Source: an uncultured Gammaproteobacteria bacterium (GTDB lineage: Bacteria > Patescibacteriota > Patescibacteriia > Magasanikbacterales > GWA2-37-8). Taken from it: 43,526 nt of DNA. The notes under the pieces were generated by a model. It was not told the origin of the DNA. It was given only the letters and a program-made list of their open reading frames with translations, and did no database searches. A program made the translations under genes and the position numbers. Shown piece by piece: positions 38,770-43,526 of this stretch. Position 1 is the first letter of the stretch. The number at the start of each line of letters is the position of its first letter. The DNA is taken from NCBI GenBank assembly GCA_964356495.1, contig CAYHHR010000004.1, positions 153 to 43,678 on the forward strand, written 5' to 3'.

Positions 38770-39156
38770 TTATGTTTTCAGTCCAGATGGCTTCTTGCCG
38801 CTAACAGCCGTCTTTCGTACATTGCCGCGAACAGTGCGTGAGTTTGTCTTGGTGCGCTGTCCACGAACCGGCAAGTGCTTCATGTGGCGAATGCCGCGGA
38901 AGCATTTGATGTCTTTCATGGCTTTGACGTTGGACTGAATCTCGCGTCTGAGGTCGCCTTCAATCTTGTAAGTCTTCTCGACGATCGCGCGGATGGTATC
39001 CTGCTGTTCGTTGGTCAAATTCTTAGTGCGAATATTGCCGTCAATTTTCGCGGACTCCAAAACCTTTCTGGCAAGGGTCGGTCCGATGCCAAAAACGTAT
39101 CGAAGTGAAATTTCGATTTTTTTCTCATTTGGAATGTTGATACCCGAGATACGCAT
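38770..39156 (-). CDS. rpsM: 30S ribosomal protein S13
   Basis: MRISGINIP, EGDLRR, LPVRGQRTKTNSRT. Confidence 0.98.
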   Translation of the reverse strand: MRISGINIPNEKKIEISLRYVFGIGPTLARKVLESAKIDGNIRTKNLTNEQQDTIRAIVEKTYKIEGDLRREIQSNVKAMKDIKCFRGIRHMKHLPVRGQRTKTNSRTVRGNVRKTAVSGKKPSGLKT

Positions 39157-39167
39157 ACTCTTTTTTT

Positions 39168-39196
39168 GAAAATTGAAAAATTAAAAATTGAAAATT
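39168..39196. repeat. Heptamer-like repeat (family B), intergenic
   Basis: GAAAATT GAAAAATT AAAAATT GAAAATT between rpmJ and rpsM. Confidence 0.6.
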
Positions 39197-39202
39197 CTCT
39201 CA

Positions 39203-39316
39203 TTAGCCCTGGCGCTGTTTATGTTTCTTGCTTTCACAAATCACGCGCAAAGCTCCATTGCGGCGTACAATTTTACATTTTTGACAGATTTTTTTGACTG
39301 AAGCGCGAACCTTCAT
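39203..39316 (-). CDS. rpmJ: 50S ribosomal protein L36 (not in the ORF track)
   Basis: Manual translation [37 protein letters not shown], between infA and rpsM. Confidence 0.97.
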   Translation of the reverse strand: MKVRASVKKICQKCKIVRRNGALRVICESKKHKQRQG

Positions 39317-39325
39317 ATATAAATT

Positions 39326-39405
39326 GATTACACAGATAAGCCATAGGCTTCGCAGATTACGCAGATTAATTGACAGTATCTGCGGCGCGAAAGCGCATCT
39401 GCGTT
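39326..39405. repeat. CGCAGAT/ATCTGCG inverted-repeat element (family C)
   Basis: CACAGAT, CGCAGATTACGCAGATT, then ATCTGCG x2, with nested AAGCC-ata-GGCTT and GCGC-gaaa-GCGC hairpins. Confidence 0.75.
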
Positions 39406-39507
39406 ATTCAATAAAAAATATATCAACCACTGCCGCGATATCGTCGCTCAATCTTTCATCGAGCTCCACCGCACCGGCTGATACAAATTCTATTTATGGA
39501 TGATTTT

Positions 39508-39723
39508 TTAATACCGTAAAGTAATTCTACCTTTGGTCAGATCGTATGGAGTCATCTCTACTTTTACTCTGTCTCCAATCGATAACCGAATTTTGTTCAA
39601 ACGCATCTTACCTGACAAATGAGCGATGATGCTCTGACCGCTTTCCAGGGTTACCCGGAAGGTGGCGGCCGGCAACAGGTCTTCGACCTGGCCATCAAGT
39701 TCGATGATGTCGTTTTTAGCCAT
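39508..39723 (-). CDS. infA: Translation initiation factor IF-1
   Basis: [26 protein letters not shown]. Confidence 0.98.
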   Translation of the reverse strand: MAKNDIIELDGQVEDLLPAATFRVTLESGQSIIAHLSGKMRLNKIRLSIGDRVKVEMTPYDLTKGRITLRY

Positions 39724-39748
39724 TTAGAATTTTACTTAACTGGGCGAT

Positions 39749-39777
39749 AGTATAGCCCAAGATGAATTAATAGTCAA
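39749..39777 (-). promoter_or_regulatory. Sigma70-type promoter for the infA-rpmJ-alpha operon
   Basis: TTGACT-17 nt-TATACT. Confidence 0.8.
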
Positions 39778-39821
39778 GTACCCCATATTAGGACACCTGA
39801 ATAAATTTAAATTTTGCCTTA

Positions 39822-39920
39822 AAATCTAGCTTCTAAATCCTAAATCCCAATTTCCAAATCCCAAACAAATTACAAATCACAAACGTGATTGGAAATTGGA
39901 ATTTGTGATTTGGGATTTTT
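39822..39920. repeat. Inverted pair of heptamer arrays (family B) overlapping the GtrA 3' end
   Basis: AAATCCT AAATCCC AATTTCC AAATCCC ... facing GGAAATT GGAATTT GTGATTT GGGATTT. Confidence 0.85.
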
Positions 39921-40323
39921 CAATCCGGTACACCCAATACTTATAAAGAAGGAAGTTCCAGGCCACCGACAGAGCGATATTCAGCGTACGCGCGTATAGA
40001 TAGTAAACACCAAAACGGTCATGAAGTAAATAGATCCAAACTACTGAAAATAAGTAGTTAAATACTGCTAAAATAAGGAACTTGATCATCTGCCGATGAG
40101 TTACCCCCACGGCTTTGAACGACCAATGCTTGTTTAGAAGGAAAACTCCGGTCACGATTACCGGCTGATTTATAACCACGGCAAGCGTTGGCGAAAAATG
40201 CAGATACTCTTTCAAGAAATACAAACTGCCGATATCAGCAAGAAACGCGCTTATACCAATAATAAAATATTTTGTAAATTCTTTACGCATTGACCAAAAA
40301 TGAAGAATTACGCTCCTTAACAT
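39877..40323 (-). CDS. GtrA-family membrane protein
   Basis: FTKYFIIG, FLLNKHWSF, WNFLLYKYWVY; four TMs. Confidence 0.85.
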   Translation of the reverse strand: MLRSVILHFWSMRKEFTKYFIIGISAFLADIGSLYFLKEYLHFSPTLAVVINQPVIVTGVFLLNKHWSFKAVGVTHRQMIKFLILAVFNYLFSVVWIYLLHDRFGVYYLYARTLNIALSVAWNFLLYKYWVYRIEKSQITNSNFQSRL

Positions 40324-40325
40324 AG

Positions 40326-42257
40326 TTATTCTAGGATGGCTTTAATACGGCGAACACCGGCGCCAACCGCTTCTTCCTTGATAATTTTAAATTTACCGAG
40401 CAGGCCGGTATGCTCGACGTGGGGGCCGCCACAAACCTCGCGGCTAAACGTCGGAGATGTCGGATCTGCTACCGCAGGACGCTCAGCGTCCCCAACCGTG
40501 TAAACCTTAACTTTGTCCTGATACTTATTCTCGAAGAGCCCGATCGCGCCTTTTGCTTTCGCGTCCTTAAAACTCATTTCTTCGCAAATCACGCGGTAAT
40601 CATTATCGATAGCGTCATTGACCAAATCCTGAACCTTTGCTAATTCCTCAGCCGTCATTTTCTGCGGATGACTAAAATCAAAACGCATGCGTTCCGTCGT
40701 GATGTTGCTCCCCTTCTGATTCGCGTGCGATCCAAGCACATTGTGAAGCGCGGCGTGCAATAGGTGCGTGGCAGTATGATATTTAGTGGACATCTCACTA
40801 TGATCCGCCATACCTCCGGCAAATTTCTGTTCAGCGCCGGCGCGAGATGTCTCCTGATGCTGTTTAAACGCTTCCTCAAATCCGGCCACATCCACCGAGA
40901 GACTGTTCTCGAGCGCGAGTTCCTGCGTCATTTCAAGTGGAAATCCGTAAGTATCATAAAGTTTGAAGGCATGCCTCCCGGAAATTTCTTTGATAACAAA
41001 TCCAGTCTTTTCGAACGAAGTTCGGAAACCGCCGATGAGGCGGTCAAATTCCTTGAGGCCCTGTTCAACAGTATTTCTAAATTTACTTTCCTCACCTTCA
41101 ATCTCAGTCAACACAAAATCCTGATTCCTTTTTAACTCCGGATAAACCCCACCCCCTGCCCCTGCCCCTCCCCTATTAGGGGAGGGATTGAGGGAGGGGT
41201 CGGAAAATATTTTAATTACTTTCTTCGCGACCTCGCCCGCAAAATTTTCCTTGATGCCAAGTTGTCGGCCATAACGCACGGCGCGTCGGATTAATCGGCG
41301 AACCAAATATCCCTGATCGGTATTTGATGGACCAATCCCGCGATCGTCGCCAATGATCATCGTCGCGGTACGGATATGGTCAGCGATAATTCGCATCGAA
41401 CGAGTTACATTTCCACCCTCTATATATTCATGTCCGGAAAGATCCTGAATCGTCTGTATAAGCGGCCAAAAAGTATCAATTTGAAAAACATCGGCAAAAC
41501 CATTTAAAACCATCAGCGTGCGCTCAAGACCCATGCCGGTATCAACATTTTTTTGTTTTAACGGTTCATAAACATATTGGTCATTGGAATTTGGGATTTG
41601 TGATTTCACTTTATTGTACTGCATGAAGACGTCATTCCAAATCTCCAACCAATTATCCTCGTCATTGCCTGGATTACTACCAGCTGGCGGAAGTTCGGTC
41701 TTCCCTGCCCAATAAAACATCTCCGTGTCAGGCCCGCACGGACCGGTCTGACCAGCCGGCCCCCACCAATTATTTTTTCTTGGTAAATAGGCAATTCGTT
41801 CCTCTGGCAAGCCGAGCGACATCCAAATTTCAGCCGCTTCATCATCACGCGGAATGTTAATTTCTTTTTCCCCGGCAAAAACCGAGACTGCCAATTTGCG
41901 TTTATCTAAATTTAAATTTGCCGGCGAAGTCAAAAATTCCCAACTCCATTTGATCGCGTCTTCCTTGAAATAATCGCCCAGCGACCAGTTTCCCATCATT
42001 TCAAAAAAGGTGTCATGGCGATTGTCGCCGACTTCATCGATATCCTGAGTGCGAATGCATTTTTGGACACTAGCCAGGCGCTTGCCGCCCGGATGTTTTG
42101 CCCCTAGCAGATACGGCACGAGCGGATGCATGCCGGCGGTGGTAAATAATACCGTCGGATCGTTCTCCGGAATAACCGAAGCAGAAGGGATAATGGTATG
42201 TTCCTTTGATCTGAAAAATTCGAGATATTTTTTCCGAAGTTCCTCTGAAGTTAGCAT
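40326..42257 (-). CDS. alaS: Alanyl-tRNA synthetase (short form without C-Ala domain)
   Basis: DPTVLFTTAGM, TFFEMMGNWS, DTGMGLER, HTATHLL, CGGPH, GVRRIKA. Confidence 0.96.
   Translation of the reverse strand: MLTSEELRKKYLEFFRSKEHTIIPSASVIPENDPTVLFTTAGMHPLVPYLLGAKHPGGKRLASVQKCIRTQDIDEVGDNRHDTFFEMMGNWSLGDYFKEDAIKWSWEFLTSPANLNLDKRKLAVSVFAGEKEINIPRDDEAAEIWMSLGLPEERIAYLPRKNNWWGPAGQTGPCGPDTEMFYWAGKTELPPAGSNPGNDEDNWLEIWNDVFMQYNKVKSQIPNSNDQYVYEPLKQKNVDTGMGLERTLMVLNGFADVFQIDTFWPLIQTIQDLSGHEYIEGGNVTRSMRIIADHIRTATMIIGDDRGIGPSNTDQGYLVRRLIRRAVRYGRQLGIKENFAGEVAKKVIKIFSDPSLNPSPNRGGAGAGGGVYPELKRNQDFVLTEIEGEESKFRNTVEQGLKEFDRLIGGFRTSFEKTGFVIKEISGRHAFKLYDTYGFPLEMTQELALENSLSVDVAGFEEAFKQHQETSRAGAEQKFAGGMADHSEMSTKYHTATHLLHAALHNVLGSHANQKGSNITTERMRFDFSHPQKMTAEELAKVQDLVNDAIDNDYRVICEEMSFKDAKAKGAIGLFENKYQDKVKVYTVGDAERPAVADPTSPTFSREVCGGPHVEHTGLLGKFKIIKEEAVGAGVRRIKAILE
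41146..41200. repeat. Family A palindromic element in frame in alaS
   Basis: ACCCC...GGGGT termini, stem CCCTCCCCT-att-AGGGGAGGG; encodes DPSLNPSPNRGGAGAGGGV. Confidence 0.88.
41577..41606. repeat. Heptamer repeat (family B) in frame in alaS
   Basis: GGTCATT GGAATTT GGGATTT GTGATTT; encodes KSQIPNSNDQ. Confidence 0.8.
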
Positions 42258-42261
42258 AAAT

Positions 42262-42332
42262 TATTTTCTAGCGCAGTGAGAGAAATGAATTTATTCATTT
42301 CTGAACCAGCGACGAAAATATGGGCGAAGCCC
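42262..42332. repeat. Nested hairpins in the mnmA-alaS spacer
   Basis: AGAAATGAAT-tt-ATTCATTTCT inside TATTTTC...GAAAATA, plus GGGC-gaa-GCCC. Confidence 0.65.
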
Positions 42333-43526
42333 CTATTTTATCGCTCCGCCACCCAAACATTCACCTTTTTTGTAGAATACGGCGAACTGTCCTGGTGTCA
42401 CGGCGCGTTGGGGAGTTGCAAATTTTACGACCAACCCACCCCTACCCCGCCCAAGCGGGGAATTGCTGACAGTACACTTCTGAAGCGGTTGCCGGTGACG
42501 CAATCGTACTTCACATTTTAATGGAAATTTCGGCGTTTGTCCAGAAATCCAATTTACGTTTTCCACTTCACATTCCTTTTTGTAAAGCAACGGATCATCC
42601 TCAAAACCAACAATCAACTCGTTGGTTTTTTGATTTTTGGCAACTATGAAATACGGACGAGTGTCGACGTGAGACCTCTCTTCTCGTTCTCTCCTCTGCG
42701 GAGGCGAGAAAGAATCGACCCTCGCCTCCGCAGAGGAGAGGGCAGGGAGAGGTCTGGCCACACCAATTCGTTCACCAATTGTATAAAAAGATAGCCCCTC
42801 GTGAGTGCCGATAATTGCGCCGTTAAATAAAATATCTCCCGGTTTTGGCGGAATACGCTTCTGAAGGAACTCCTTCATCGGAACTTCACCGATAAAACAA
42901 ATTCCCATACTCTCTTCTTTGTCGGCAGTCGGCAAATTAAACTTCTCCGCCAGCTTCCTTACCTCCGGTTTGGTATAACTTCCGACTGGAAACATGCTAT
43001 ACGCTAATTGTTTTTGATTTAGCTGATGCAAAAAATATGTTTGATCTTTATTGGCGTCCTTGGCTTCTAATAATTTGATTGGAAATTGGAAATTGAAAAT
43101 TGGAAATTCCCGCCCAAGGCGGGCATAGTGTCCGGTCGCCAAAAAATCAAACCCCAGTTCCTTCGCTTTATCGAGCCAGCTGCCAAATTTTATAAATGAA
43201 TTGCACATCACATCCGGATTCGGCGTTCTCCCCTTTTCATATTCAGCGTACATATACGCGAGAACTTTTTCCGAATATTCTTTTTTGAAATCTAATTTCA
43301 AAACTGGAATCCCAAGTTTGGCGGCGACCCTGACCGCGTCTCGATAATCCGACAACCAACAATCACTCCCACTCCCTCTGTGTTCTCCCTCTCTGGCAGA
43401 GGGAGATATTGTCCCCCTCTTACCAAGAGGGGGCTCGGGGGGAGTTGCCGGAGTCTCATCATAATTTATCATAAACGCGCCGGTGACATCATACTTTCCC
43501 GACGCAACCAAAAGAGCGGCGGCGAC
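42333..43526 (-). CDS. mnmA: tRNA 2-thiouridylase MnmA (5' end outside the window)
   Basis: GRTPNPDVMCN, ATGHYAR, KDQTYFL, ESMGICFIG, TPGQFAVFY; frame open to the window end. Confidence 0.96.
   Translation of the reverse strand, partial: VAAALLVASGKYDVTGAFMINYDETPATPPEPPLGKRGTISPSAREGEHRGSGSDCWLSDYRDAVRVAAKLGIPVLKLDFKKEYSEKVLAYMYAEYEKGRTPNPDVMCNSFIKFGSWLDKAKELGFDFLATGHYARLGREFPIFNFQFPIKLLEAKDANKDQTYFLHQLNQKQLAYSMFPVGSYTKPEVRKLAEKFNLPTADKEESMGICFIGEVPMKEFLQKRIPPKPGDILFNGAIIGTHEGLSFYTIGERIGVARPLPALSSAEARVDSFSPPQRREREERSHVDTRPYFIVAKNQKTNELIVGFEDDPLLYKKECEVENVNWISGQTPKFPLKCEVRLRHRQPLQKCTVSNSPLGRGRGGLVVKFATPQRAVTPGQFAVFYKKGECLGGGAIK
42431..42465. repeat. Family A element in frame in mnmA
   Basis: Identical to 20002-20036. 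Confidence 0.92.
42672..42755. repeat. Family A double-hairpin element in frame in mnmA
   Basis: AGACCTCTC...GAGAGGTCT termini; right half 35/36 identical to 2260-2295. Confidence 0.9.
43079..43123. repeat. Heptamer repeat (family B) plus a small hairpin in frame in mnmA
   Basis: GGAAATT GGAAATT GAAAATT GGAAATT then CCCGCC-caa-GGCGGG; encodes RLGREFPIFNFQFP. Confidence 0.82.
43365..43445. repeat. Family A double-hairpin element in frame in mnmA
   Basis: ACTCCC...GGGAGT termini; stems TCTCCCTCT-ctggc-AGAGGGAGA and CCCCCTCTT-acc-AAGAGGGGG. Confidence 0.88.

Noticed and set aside
39294-39503. Plus-strand 69-aa ORF, and similar short ORFs overlapping core genes such as 39015..39203 and 42276..42521
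   Set aside because: They overlap rpmJ, rpsM or mnmA, and their odd peptides derive from the repeats; there is no independent coding evidence.

Overview
Core-genome segment of a bacterium, most likely Patescibacteria/CPR (Parcubacteria/ABY1-like). That placement is an inference from the short L13, the AlaRS lacking its C-terminal domain, the degenerate PriA, the near absence of Shine-Dalgarno sites and the gene order. Contents in order: a partial secreted LVIVD-repeat surface protein on the minus strand (missed by the ORF track); UvrD/PcrA helicase-nuclease and a DciA-like gene; mreBCD-mrdA; greA-lysS-cytidylyltransferase-serS-alr-FtsQ-like; an AT-rich HNH + Xer-type recombinase cassette; M23 peptidase; gltX; TagA/WecG; CIRCE-controlled clpB; a modular DD-carboxypeptidase; Memo-like, priA, def, fmt; glycosylation genes; two tandem archaemetzincin-like peptidases; infA-rpmJ-rpsMKD-rpoA-rplQ-rplM-rpsI; GtrA, alaS and partial mnmA. 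Main unexplained signals: (1) short GC-rich palindromic elements inserted in frame in housekeeping genes (uvrD x2, gltX, tagA, alaS, mnmA x3), with copies 49/50, 35/36 and 35/35 identical between unrelated genes and read in different frames or orientations; (2) a second family of heptamer tandem repeats inside tagA, fmt, gtrA, alaS and mnmA; (3) a symmetric 13-6-13 dif-like recombinase core site overlapping the promoter of the HNH-Xer cassette; (4) an RpoA with no alpha-CTD. No rRNA, tRNA or CRISPR array was seen. All assignments are by eye; no database searches were run.
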